64,000 nt of DNA from a virus: positions 64,001 to 128,000 of IMG/VR virus record IMGVR_UViG_3300028840_003271; one strand, written 5' to 3'. The notes below the pieces were generated by a model. It ran no database searches and had not been told where the DNA came from. It was given only the letters and a program-made list of their open reading frames with translations. The stretch's first letter is position 1. Each line of letters opens with the position of its first letter. The position numbers and the translations under genes are program-made. Positions 24,347 to 33,936 of this stretch are shown here, one piece after another.

Positions 24347-25177
24347 ATGAAAGCCGTACATATAAACGATTATACATGTGGTACTGGTTATCCATTATTA
24401 ATTATGGCTGGTCCTTGTGTTATTGAGAGTGAAGAATTAACTTTAGAGATAGCACAATATCTTAAAAAAATTACTGATAGATTAGGGTTGCAATTAGTAT
24501 TTAAGGCATCTTTTTGTAAAGATAATCGTACAAGTATTCAATCGTATCGTGGAGTTGAATTATCGAGTGCTATTAAGATTTTTCAGCGTATTAAAAGTGA
24601 AATTAAATTACCTATTGTTACGGATATTCATCAACCTTATCATGCAGAAGCTCTTAAAAATGTTATAGATATTATACAAATTCCTGCTTTTTTATGTCGT
24701 CAGACAAGTTTGTTGTTAGCTGCTGGTTTGACCGGTTTACCTGTACATGTTAAAAAAAGCCAAATGATGTCTCCTAATGATATGAAATATGTTATTGAAA
24801 AATTAAAGCATGTTGATTGTAAGCAGATTTTACTTTGTGAACGAGGTACTTTTTTTGGTTATGGTAATTTGGTAAACGATATGACTTCTATTCTTAAAAT
24901 GCAGCAATTGGGAGTTCCTGTGATATTTGATGCTACTCATAGTGTGCAAAACAGACATAATAGTAATCAAATAAGTGGTGGTAATATTGAAATGATTGTT
25001 CCGTTAGCTAAAGCAGCGGTAGCTATAGGAGTAAATGGTTTATTTTTTGAAGTACATCCAACACCTCAATTAGCTTTAAGTGATAGTGCAAGTATGTTGT
25101 CGCTTGATAATTTTGAGGATTTATTACAGCGATTATTATTAATTCGTAAAGTTGTTGATAATGAAAATAATAATTGA
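24347..25177 (+). CDS. kdsA: KDO-8-phosphate synthase
   Basis: AGPCVIES, FKASF.K.NRTS, IQIPAFLCRQT, ERG..FGY.NLV.D, FDATHSVQ, EVHP.P..ALSD. Confidence 0.95.
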   Translation: MKAVHINDYTCGTGYPLLIMAGPCVIESEELTLEIAQYLKKITDRLGLQLVFKASFCKDNRTSIQSYRGVELSSAIKIFQRIKSEIKLPIVTDIHQPYHAEALKNVIDIIQIPAFLCRQTSLLLAAGLTGLPVHVKKSQMMSPNDMKYVIEKLKHVDCKQILLCERGTFFGYGNLVNDMTSILKMQQLGVPVIFDATHSVQNRHNSNQISGGNIEMIVPLAKAAVAIGVNGLFFEVHPTPQLALSDSASMLSLDNFEDLLQRLLLIRKVVDNENNN

Positions 25178-25604
25178 TACAAGAGAAAAAATTCCATGGA
25201 AATTTGAGTCAACTTCTGCTTCAACTGAAGTGTGTAAGCTTGATACTGGTGATTATAGTTTAGAAGGATTTGAAAAACAATTTATTATTGAGAGAAAAAA
25301 GAGCGTGTCGGAACTTGCTGGTAATATCACCCAAAAAAGATTTGTACGCGAATTACAAAGAATGAGTGAATATGAATGCCCGTTTATGATTTTAGAATTT
25401 GATTTTCGTCACATTGACGATTTTCCTAACGAACTTCCATATCCAGTTAGAAAGAAAATTAAAATTAGTGGAAATTTTATTATTAGCAAGCTGTCTGAAT
25501 ATATGGTAAAATATAATGTGAAAATTTTACCTTGTAGTTGTACAGTATATGCTGAACATGTAGCATATTCTATTATGAAAAAATTTTATGAGAAAAATAG
25601 ATAA
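25161..25604 (+). CDS. ERCC4-domain nuclease (possible Holliday junction resolvase)
   Basis: IIIDTRE, LDTGDYS, IERK motifs. Confidence 0.9.
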   Translation: MKIIIDTREKIPWKFESTSASTEVCKLDTGDYSLEGFEKQFIIERKKSVSELAGNITQKRFVRELQRMSEYECPFMILEFDFRHIDDFPNELPYPVRKKIKISGNFIISKLSEYMVKYNVKILPCSCTVYAEHVAYSIMKKFYEKNR

Positions 25605-26208
25605 TTATATTAATAAAATTATTTTAGGTGATTGTTTACAGGTAATGAAAGAAATTCCGTCTTCATCTATAGACTTAATTATTACAGATCCACCATATGA
25701 AGAAAAATATAATTATTTATGGGAACCTTTTGCCGAGCAATCTTCACGATTATTAAAAGTTGGTGGTTCGTTAGTTACTTTGTGTGGACACTATCAATTA
25801 CCGTATGTTATTTCTTCTCTCAATAAATATTTGAGATATTGGTGGATTGGTTGGTTATATCATCCTGGAAATTTTAATAGATTTCCTGGTAAATGGGTGT
25901 GTATAACAGGTAAACCTTTTTTATGGTATGTAAAAGAAAAAAGAAAAAAGAAAGACTATAGGTGTCCCGAAGATACTATTTTTAGTGATTTACAACAATC
26001 TAAAATAGCAAAACTAAAACATAAATGGGGACAGTCAGAAAATTTGTTCAGTAAGTATATTAAAGAATTATCAAACGAAAACGATGTTATATTAGATCCT
26101 TTTATTGGTTCTGGTACAACTATTAGAGTTGCTAAGAAATTAAATAGAAAATTTATTGGTATTGAAATTGATAAGAAATATTATGAATTATGTAAGGAAA
26201 TTGAATGA
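25588..26208 (+). CDS. N6A/N4C DNA methyltransferase (beta class)
   Basis: ITDPPY precedes LDPFIGSGTT; GIEID. Confidence 0.92.
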   Translation: MRKIDNYINKIILGDCLQVMKEIPSSSIDLIITDPPYEEKYNYLWEPFAEQSSRLLKVGGSLVTLCGHYQLPYVISSLNKYLRYWWIGWLYHPGNFNRFPGKWVCITGKPFLWYVKEKRKKKDYRCPEDTIFSDLQQSKIAKLKHKWGQSENLFSKYIKELSNENDVILDPFIGSGTTIRVAKKLNRKFIGIEIDKKYYELCKEIE

Positions 26209-28313
26209 GCAATTTTGAAGAAATTTTAAAACCAATAAATCAAAGTAAACACGGTTGGGTAGATGATGCTTGGTTAGGATTGGGTGATACGTCTAATTTA
26301 CGATTTCGTAATCCACTTATAAAAACAACTCCATTAGAACGAGAAAATATTGGTTTAAAAGAGTTGAAGTTGATGAGAGATCCAGAATATTTATATTTTG
26401 CTGCTCGTTTATTGTTGAATGTCGAACTTATTCCAATGCAATGTGCTGTTATGGAAGAACTTTGGACAAGACCTTTTCCTATGATGATATGTTCTCGTGG
26501 ATTTTCAAAAACGTTTTTACTTGCTGTTTATTCTCTTTTAAAATGTGCTTTATATCCTGATCAAAAAATTATTGTTGTTGGTGCTGCTTTTCGTCAATCA
26601 AGATTAGTATGGGAATATATGATTAAAATTTGGGATAATGCTCCAATTTTACAATCTATTGCTGTAAAAGGTACAAGATTTGGTCCAAAAAGAGAAGTAG
26701 ATAGATGTAGCTTTTTTATTAATAGTAGTGTGACGCATTGTATTCCGCTGGGTACGGGAGAAAAAATTCGTGGTATGAGAGCTACAACTATTTTAGTTGA
26801 TGAATTTAGTTCTGTTAGTCCTGAAATTTATGAAACTGTTGTTGCTGGTTTTGCTGCCGTGTCTTCAGATCCAGTTACTAATATAAAAGAAGCAGCAAGA
26901 CGAAAAGAAATGAACAAACTGGGAATTTGGACGGCCGATGCTGAGAAAAAATATCAAACCAAAGGTGGTAATCAAGCAATTATTTCTGGAACAGCTTCTT
27001 ATGATTTTAATCATTTTGCTGATTATTGGAAAAGATATAAATCAATTATTGAAAGCAAAGGAAATTTAGAAAGATTAAAAGATATTGTTGGTGAAGACGC
27101 TTTATCTGATAATTTTAATTGGAGAGATTATTCAATTATTCGTATTCCATACGAACTCATACCTGAAGGATTTATGGATGATCGTCAAGTTATACGAGCA
27201 AAAGCTACTGTTCATAGTGGTGTTTATATGACTGAATATAGTGCTGTTTTTGCTTTAGATTCAACTGGTTTTTTTAAACGGTCTCTAATAGAAAAATGTG
27301 TAACTTCAGATGTTGAACCTGTTGTTTTACCTTCTGGAAAAATTTGGTTTGACGCTATATTAAGGGGAGATGAAAAATATAAATACGTTATTGGAGTAGA
27401 CCCTGCTGTAGGTAGTGATGCTAAAACTGGTGGTGACAATTTTTCAATTGTGGTTTTAGAACTTCGTCAAGATCATACTCGAATTGTATATTGTTGGTCA
27501 ACTAACCGAAAAGAGTTTAAACGACGATTAAAAGAAGGATTGTCAGATAAGTATGATTTTTATGGTTTTTGTTCTCGTAAAATTCGTGATTTAGTAAGTG
27601 CGTTTCCTTGTGTTGGTATTGCACTTGATACTCAGGGTGGTGGTCGAGCTATTTTGGAAGCATTACAAGATCCAGATAAAATGAAAGAGGGTGAAATTGC
27701 TATTCTACCAGTAATTGATGATGATCATCCTGCCGATACTGACAATTTGCCCGGTAAACATATTATTCATTTATGTCAATTTGCTAGTTCTGATTGGACT
27801 GCTGAGGCTAATCATGGTCTGAGAAAAGATTTTGAAGACCGAGTTTTATTGTTTCCAAGATTTGATCCATTAAGTTTAGAAATATCTAGTGAAGATGATG
27901 AGAGAAGAAGATTAGCGTGGGAAAAACGACATCCTGGTAAAAAGTTTAATATTTATGATACACTGGAAGATTGTGTAATGGAAATTGAAGAATTAAAAAA
28001 TGAGTTATGTACGATTGTTCAAACTCGTACAGGAACAGGTGTACAGGCTCGTGATCGTTGGGACACTCCAGAAACAAAATTGCCTAATGGAAGAAAAGGT
28101 CGTCTCCGTAAAGATAGATATTCTGCTTTAGTTATGGCAAATATGATTGCTCGTAATATTCAAAGATATGTTCCACCACCCGAATACGAAGTGATTGGTG
28201 GAAACACTAAAATTCTTAAAGGTAAACATGCTTCTGGAAAATTATATCATGGTCCAGAATGGTTTACAAAAGAAGTAAATCGTGGTTTTATTGGTCGAGC
28301 AATTTCTAAATAG
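26205..28313 (+). CDS. terminase large subunit
   Basis: SRGFSKT Walker A, IRGMRA..ILVDE Walker B, IGVDPA and KDRYSA nuclease motifs; precedes portal. Confidence 0.92.
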   Translation: MSNFEEILKPINQSKHGWVDDAWLGLGDTSNLRFRNPLIKTTPLERENIGLKELKLMRDPEYLYFAARLLLNVELIPMQCAVMEELWTRPFPMMICSRGFSKTFLLAVYSLLKCALYPDQKIIVVGAAFRQSRLVWEYMIKIWDNAPILQSIAVKGTRFGPKREVDRCSFFINSSVTHCIPLGTGEKIRGMRATTILVDEFSSVSPEIYETVVAGFAAVSSDPVTNIKEAARRKEMNKLGIWTADAEKKYQTKGGNQAIISGTASYDFNHFADYWKRYKSIIESKGNLERLKDIVGEDALSDNFNWRDYSIIRIPYELIPEGFMDDRQVIRAKATVHSGVYMTEYSAVFALDSTGFFKRSLIEKCVTSDVEPVVLPSGKIWFDAILRGDEKYKYVIGVDPAVGSDAKTGGDNFSIVVLELRQDHTRIVYCWSTNRKEFKRRLKEGLSDKYDFYGFCSRKIRDLVSAFPCVGIALDTQGGGRAILEALQDPDKMKEGEIAILPVIDDDHPADTDNLPGKHIIHLCQFASSDWTAEANHGLRKDFEDRVLLFPRFDPLSLEISSEDDERRRLAWEKRHPGKKFNIYDTLEDCVMEIEELKNELCTIVQTRTGTGVQARDRWDTPETKLPNGRKGRLRKDRYSALVMANMIARNIQRYVPPPEYEVIGGNTKILKGKHASGKLYHGPEWFTKEVNRGFIGRAISK

Positions 28314-28321
28314 GTGTATAA
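28313..28321 (+). promoter_or_regulatory. putative late promoter GGTGTATAA
   Basis: Directly upstream of portal. Confidence 0.75.
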
Positions 28322-28344
28322 TTCTATTATAATAGGATTGTAAT

Positions 28345-30483
28345 ATGACTAATCAAAGAAAATATAAATCTGGTGTTGATTTAGCTAATATGGGTGGGTC
28401 GAAAGCGGCATATGTTACTTGGACTGGTGAAAAAATTAGTCCAGAAGCTTTGAATGCTTGGTCTAAGACTATTGATGATCTTAATCCAATTCAACGCAAT
28501 CGTGGAGTTACACGGGGTCGGTGGAATCAAGATTTATCAGATTTACAAACCGATGTGTCTGGTCGTCCTGGTCTTTCGCCCAATGATTATTATGCATTTC
28601 GTCCAGAACTTCGTCCACCTACAAAATTTGCTGATATTTTATCTTCAGTAAACGATATTTATTATTCTATTGGTCTTATTCGTAATATTATTGACTTGAT
28701 GAGCGATTTTGCCTGTTCGGGCATTGATATTGTTCATCCTAATAAAAGAATTGAAAAGTTTTATCAACGATGGTTCCAAAAAGTTAATGGTCCTGAAAGA
28801 AGTGAAAGATTTCTCAATAATTTATATCGGTTGGGCAATATTGTTATTCGAAAACAAACAGCAATAATTAAGAAAAAGAAAAAGCAAACATTATATAAAA
28901 CGTTAGGTAAAGAAGATATTGAACTTGAAAAAGAAACCGTAAATAAGGGTGAAATTCCATGGAGATATTCATTTTTATATCCTGGTTATGTTGAAAATAT
29001 TGGTGGCCCGTTATCTTCTTTTCTCAATAAACCTATTTTGGCTGTAAAACTTTCAAATAAATTATCTCAGGCTCTTAAAGGAGCAGATTCTAAAATACTT
29101 TCGTCTTTACCTACAGAAGTTCGTCAAGCTGTAAAATCAAATAGACCAGTTCCATTACCTCCAGAAAAAACACGAGTATTTTATTACAAAAAGGACGATT
29201 GGCAATCTTGGGCTTATCCCTTTCTTTATTCTATTTATGATGATATTAATATGCTTCGTCAATTAAGATTAGCTGATATGGCTGCTCTTGATGGAGCAAT
29301 ATCAAATATTCGTATTTTTAGAATTGGCAATCTTGAACATAAAATTGCTCCAACATCAGTAGCTGCTGCTCGACTAAGTAGCATTCTTGAAGCTAATGTT
29401 GGTGGTGGAACTATTGATATTGTGTGGGGGCCAGATATTGACTTATTGGAAAGTAAAACCAATGTTCATGAGTTTTTGGGAGAAGACAAATATATTCCAC
29501 ACTTAAACGCAATTTATGCCGGTGTGGGTATACCTCCTACTTTAGCTGGACAAGTTGGACAAGGTGGAACTACAAATAATTTAATTAGTTTAAAAACTTT
29601 AATTGCTCGTTTAGAATATGGTCGTAAACTTCTTACACAATTTTGGGAGGAAGAAATTGAAAGTGTGCAAAAAGCTATGGGTTTTCGTCTTCCAGCACGA
29701 ATTGAATTTACAATAACAAATTTAGGAGAAGAAGCTGCTGAACGAGCTTTGTTAGTACAATTAGCTGATCGTAATCTTATTAGTGACGAATTGTTACAAC
29801 GACTTTTCCGACACGATCCTGATATTGAAAGAATACGAATTAAACGAGAAAATCGTGATAAAGAAGATGGTAAAATGGTTCCTAAAGCTGGTCCTTTTCA
29901 TGATCCACAATTTGGTTTGGCTCTTAAGAAAATAGCTTTACAGAGTGGATTATTATCACCTGAGCAATTGGGATTAAGCGAGGATAGTAGTGTTCCATCA
30001 TTAAAAGTTTCTCCAGGAAAACCTCTTCCAAAGGATAATAAAACCGGAGTTCCTGGACGACCTAAAAATGCTAAAGATAAAACAAAGAGAAAAACTAAAA
30101 CATTTGTTCCGAAAACTAAGGCGTCATTAGGATTGTGGGTAAATTCTGTTCAAGAAGAAATTAATAAAATATTATCTCCGTTAATTTTAGCACATTACAA
30201 TAAGAATAATATGAGACAATTAACGAGAAAAGAAATGTTGAATTTTGAACAAATTAAATTTGGAGTTTTGTGTAATTTAGTTCCGTTTGAAAAAATAAAC
30301 AATAATAAAATACAAACCGCATTACAACACTCATTACCTAAAAATGTAAATGGGGTGTATAAAGATATGTGTAGTCAAGCAAGTTACGAAGTCGGACGGA
30401 CTTTGACGCTTGATGAAATGCGGTATTTACAAGCATATACTTATATTTTAGTTCATAAAGGAGAGGAAGATGTCCAAGATTAA
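28345..30483 (+). CDS. portal protein
   Basis: Follows TerL; LIRNIIDLMSDF, helical core, GVGIPPTL; size and position. Confidence 0.85.
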   Translation: MTNQRKYKSGVDLANMGGSKAAYVTWTGEKISPEALNAWSKTIDDLNPIQRNRGVTRGRWNQDLSDLQTDVSGRPGLSPNDYYAFRPELRPPTKFADILSSVNDIYYSIGLIRNIIDLMSDFACSGIDIVHPNKRIEKFYQRWFQKVNGPERSERFLNNLYRLGNIVIRKQTAIIKKKKKQTLYKTLGKEDIELEKETVNKGEIPWRYSFLYPGYVENIGGPLSSFLNKPILAVKLSNKLSQALKGADSKILSSLPTEVRQAVKSNRPVPLPPEKTRVFYYKKDDWQSWAYPFLYSIYDDINMLRQLRLADMAALDGAISNIRIFRIGNLEHKIAPTSVAAARLSSILEANVGGGTIDIVWGPDIDLLESKTNVHEFLGEDKYIPHLNAIYAGVGIPPTLAGQVGQGGTTNNLISLKTLIARLEYGRKLLTQFWEEEIESVQKAMGFRLPARIEFTITNLGEEAAERALLVQLADRNLISDELLQRLFRHDPDIERIRIKRENRDKEDGKMVPKAGPFHDPQFGLALKKIALQSGLLSPEQLGLSEDSSVPSLKVSPGKPLPKDNKTGVPGRPKNAKDKTKRKTKTFVPKTKASLGLWVNSVQEEINKILSPLILAHYNKNNMRQLTRKEMLNFEQIKFGVLCNLVPFEKINNNKIQTALQHSLPKNVNGVYKDMCSQASYEVGRTLTLDEMRYLQAYTYILVHKGEEDVQD

Positions 30484-30706
30484 TGTTGAATTTGATACAA
30501 AAGAAAAATCTTTATCAGTAAAAAAGGATGGTAAAGATGTTGCTAGTGTGAGCGAAGTTATGTTTTATAATTATATGTATGATGATAAGCCACAAGCAGA
30601 AATGTCAATCTATACACGAGAAAAAGTTGATGATGAAGACATGTATGTTGTAACCAAACTTTATGCTTCTGAAGATGGACGAATTTCTAGTAAAAAAATT
30701 AAATAG
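30470..30706 (+). CDS. small head-module protein
   Basis: GGAGAGGA RBS; late motif at 30354. Confidence 0.65.
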   Translation: MSKINVEFDTKEKSLSVKKDGKDVASVSEVMFYNYMYDDKPQAEMSIYTREKVDDEDMYVVTKLYASEDGRISSKKIK

Positions 30707-30715
30707 GGTTTATTT

Positions 30716-32218
30716 ATGTTTAATTCTAAAATAAAAATATATCGTGCTGAAGCAGAATTAGCAGAGAAAATTGAGCAAAGTGCGTCTGTTGCGTGTTGTT
30801 CTTTATTAGAAACTGCTGATGATAAGTTGAAAAAGCAAATTTTTGGTAATGTGGATAAATTGGGAAAAACCTTTGCTTCTGCTCAAGATAGCGATTTATA
30901 TTTTACGAAATCTTTACTTGTAACTACTTGTTGGAATAAAAATGATGATGTTTTTGCTCCAGAAGAAGTTTGGGCAGCTCGTCATACTCCTTCACATAAA
31001 CGAACAAATTTGGAACATAACGAACATGAGGTTGTTGGTCATATTGTAGATGGATGGCCAATTGATGATGAAGGTAATTTTATTGCTGAAAATACTGTTA
31101 TTGAAGATTTACCACAGAAATTTCATGTGGTTGTTGGTTCAGTAATTTATTTAGTTTGGGAAGATGAAAATTTACAAAAAAGAACAGACGATTTAATTAC
31201 GCAAATTGAAGCAAATGAAAAATATGTGAGTATGGAAGCGTTGTTTACGAGCTTTGATTATGCTGTTCAAAATAAGGATGGAAAATCTAAAGTAATTTCA
31301 CGAGATGAAAATTCAGCATGGATGACAAAATATTTAAGAGCATATGGTGGTTCTGGAGAGTATGAAGGTAATAAAATTGGAAGATTGTTAAGAAATATCA
31401 CTTTTTGCGGTAAAGGGTATGTAGATAAGCCAGCAAATCCAGAAAGTATTATTTTTACTTCTGCTGAAAATTTACCTTTTATTTTGGATAAAGACGAGAA
31501 AAATGAAAATAATACAAATGCTGATATAAGTGGTGTATATATTTTACAGAGTGACGTAAACTCAAATATAACAAAGGGAGAGGATAACATGGCTGATGAA
31601 AAAGAGAAGCAAATTGCTGATCTACAGAAAGAATTGGCTGAAGTTCGAGATCAATTAGCCAAGGCTGATATTGATAAGTATACCTCTCAAATTAGTGATC
31701 TTGAAGATCAGGTTAAAACTTCAACTGAAAAAATTGAAGGTCTAAATAAGCAATTAAAAGAATCGAAAGATAAGTTGGTTGCTATGGAAACCGAACTTAA
31801 AGATCTTAATGAGAGTAAGGCTCAGGTAGAAACTCAATTAGCTGAAGCTAAAAGGGAAAAAATGGTAACTGATCGAATTTCGATGCTAGTTGATGCTGGT
31901 ATTGAAAAAAACGATGCCGAAAAGAAAGTTGAAGTTTTTGCAGATCTTTCTGATGAGCAATTTCAAGTTGTTGCTAAAGAATTAATTGAAGCTAAAAAAA
32001 GTATGAAAGTTGAGGGTGAGAGTTCTGAGGATCAGGATGATGATGTAGACGATACTCCTGCTGATTCTACTGACCTCGATAAAACTCAAGCTGAAAACGA
32101 TGTTGATTTAACTTCTGCAACTGAAGTTGAAAATGAAGACGATGAAGTTACAAAAGTTCGTAATGAAATGGCTACGGCTTTTGCTGCTTTGAATCCAAAA
32201 GAGAAGGGAGATAAATAA
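30716..32218 (+). CDS. prohead protease fused to scaffold
   Basis: NKNDD.F, NLEH, VSME, G..DKPANPES; coiled-coil acidic C-half. Confidence 0.85.
   Translation: MFNSKIKIYRAEAELAEKIEQSASVACCSLLETADDKLKKQIFGNVDKLGKTFASAQDSDLYFTKSLLVTTCWNKNDDVFAPEEVWAARHTPSHKRTNLEHNEHEVVGHIVDGWPIDDEGNFIAENTVIEDLPQKFHVVVGSVIYLVWEDENLQKRTDDLITQIEANEKYVSMEALFTSFDYAVQNKDGKSKVISRDENSAWMTKYLRAYGGSGEYEGNKIGRLLRNITFCGKGYVDKPANPESIIFTSAENLPFILDKDEKNENNTNADISGVYILQSDVNSNITKGEDNMADEKEKQIADLQKELAEVRDQLAKADIDKYTSQISDLEDQVKTSTEKIEGLNKQLKESKDKLVAMETELKDLNESKAQVETQLAEAKREKMVTDRISMLVDAGIEKNDAEKKVEVFADLSDEQFQVVAKELIEAKKSMKVEGESSEDQDDDVDDTPADSTDLDKTQAENDVDLTSATEVENEDDEVTKVRNEMATAFAALNPKEKGDK
31589..32218 (+). CDS. nested in-frame scaffolding protein
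   Basis: Internal GGGAGAGGA RBS before MADEKEK; GGTGTATAT at 31532. Confidence 0.7.
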   Translation: MADEKEKQIADLQKELAEVRDQLAKADIDKYTSQISDLEDQVKTSTEKIEGLNKQLKESKDKLVAMETELKDLNESKAQVETQLAEAKREKMVTDRISMLVDAGIEKNDAEKKVEVFADLSDEQFQVVAKELIEAKKSMKVEGESSEDQDDDVDDTPADSTDLDKTQAENDVDLTSATEVENEDDEVTKVRNEMATAFAALNPKEKGDK

Positions 32219-32799
32219 TGGCGATTAAAACTAATCGAAGTTACATGCCTCACGGAACTGATATCTCCTTTTTCATGAATGAGACTGGTGAAAAAGGTGA
32301 AGTTCTCGTATTTAACACTGGTGGTTCCGGTGCTTCAATGGATGACGCTAATGCTGTTGTGAAAACTCCTGCTACTCTTTCTGGTTCAATTCCTGCTGGT
32401 ATTTTAATGAATGATGTGGTTAATCTTGATTTAACTCGTCAGCATTTAAATCAGCATAAAGACGAAGTACAGCTAGGTGGTAAAGTTACGCTAATGCGTC
32501 ATGGTGTGGTTGTTACGAACGTAATTCATACTGGTGCTGGTGGAGCTTGTAAGGAGAACGGTGTTAGTGTTCCTGCTGTTACAATCGGTGCTCCAGCATA
32601 TCTAGGTCGTGGTGCAATTACGTCTGGTGGAACTGTCCAGGGGTGGCTTTCTACTCTACCCCCGCTTGACCACCGTTGGGAAGGTGCTGACGGAACTAGT
32701 CCAAATGCTACCGATGTTGATCTATTGTATCGTGTTGGAACGTTTTTGAGCGTAAAAGATAGTGATGGTTACGCTAAAGTAGAAGTTAATATACCATAA
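32218..32799 (+). CDS. capsid decoration/cement protein
   Basis: Between scaffold and MCP; Gly-rich beta composition. Confidence 0.7.
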   Translation: MAIKTNRSYMPHGTDISFFMNETGEKGEVLVFNTGGSGASMDDANAVVKTPATLSGSIPAGILMNDVVNLDLTRQHLNQHKDEVQLGGKVTLMRHGVVVTNVIHTGAGGACKENGVSVPAVTIGAPAYLGRGAITSGGTVQGWLSTLPPLDHRWEGADGTSPNATDVDLLYRVGTFLSVKDSDGYAKVEVNIP

Positions 32800-32810
32800 G
32801 GAGGTTTATA

Positions 32811-33812
32811 ATGAAGATTAAAGCTACTGAAAAAATGCGAAAGCTCTTAAAAACCTCCGGTAATAGTAATCCTGATATCGCATTAGCTGCTTTTCGTGAA
32901 ATCGTAAAAGCTCTACAAACACCCCTTCGTCAGGGTGTGTTAGATGGTGATATTATTGGAGGTTTGTTCGAAGTCGAGGAGCTTCCTCCGGGTCACGGTT
33001 CAACCGTTGAATATCCGTTGGATTTTATTGCTCCTGGAACTGAAAAAGATTATGTGGCATACACGCTTCCTAATCATGGTGCAATTCCTCACCAAACCGT
33101 TGAGGGTGATTATGTAATGATCCCCACGTACGATATTGGTGCTGCACTTGATTGGAATCTAAAATATGCTAAAAATGCTCGTTGGGGTGTTGTTGAGCGT
33201 GCATATAATGTGCTTCGTTCACAGTTTGTTAAGAAAATGAACGATGATGGTTTTCATACTATTATCACTGCTGGTGTAGACCGTAACTTGGTGGTTGCTG
33301 ATAGTGATGCTGCTGCTGGTCAATTTACGAAGAGACTTGTTTCTCTAACTAAAACCGTTATGCGTCGAAATGGTGGTGGAAATAGCTCGTCTGTAAATCG
33401 TGGTAAACTTACTGATTTATGCGTGAGTCCAGAAGCGGTAGAAGATATTCGTAACTGGAATGTAGATCAGGTTGACGAAATTACTCGACGTGAGATTTAT
33501 GTTGCCGAAGACGGTACTTTAAATCGTGTTTTCCAAGTCAATTTACGTGATCTTGATGAACTTGGTGAGGGTCAGGAGTATAATAAATTTTATACTAATA
33601 CTCTTTCTGCAAGTATTCCAACTGGTGACGTGGAGATTGGTGTGGGTCTCGATCTTTCTAAGGGTGACACTTTTGTGATGCCTGTTCAGGAAGAACTTGA
33701 GATTTATGAAGACTCAAATCTGCATCGCCAAAGAATGCAGGGAATCTACGGTTGGCAGACACAAGGATTTGGAGTTCTTGATAACCGGCGTGTAGTTCTT
33801 GTTTCAATGTAA
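32811..33812 (+). CDS. major capsid protein (HK97 fold)
   Basis: Position, AAGGAGGT RBS, 333 aa, biased codon use, downstream terminator. Confidence 0.88.
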   Translation: MKIKATEKMRKLLKTSGNSNPDIALAAFREIVKALQTPLRQGVLDGDIIGGLFEVEELPPGHGSTVEYPLDFIAPGTEKDYVAYTLPNHGAIPHQTVEGDYVMIPTYDIGAALDWNLKYAKNARWGVVERAYNVLRSQFVKKMNDDGFHTIITAGVDRNLVVADSDAAAGQFTKRLVSLTKTVMRRNGGGNSSSVNRGKLTDLCVSPEAVEDIRNWNVDQVDEITRREIYVAEDGTLNRVFQVNLRDLDELGEGQEYNKFYTNTLSASIPTGDVEIGVGLDLSKGDTFVMPVQEELEIYEDSNLHRQRMQGIYGWQTQGFGVLDNRRVVLVSM

Positions 33813-33826
33813 AAAATAAAAATATT

Positions 33827-33872
33827 ATCCCCAAGGACAAAATCGGTGCTTTGCTCTTTGGGGATTTTTTTT
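33827..33872 (+). terminator. intrinsic terminator after MCP
   Basis: ATCCCCAA...TTGGGGAT followed by T tract. Confidence 0.75.
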
Positions 33873-33936
33873 GGATTTTTTTGGTGTAGATGGATGACAG
33901 AACCATAAATATATGGATAGACTACTTACAACATAA

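Noticed and set aside
26205-33812. Introns or inteins in terminase, portal or MCP
   Set aside because: ORFs are continuous with plausible sizes and no intein splice motifs.
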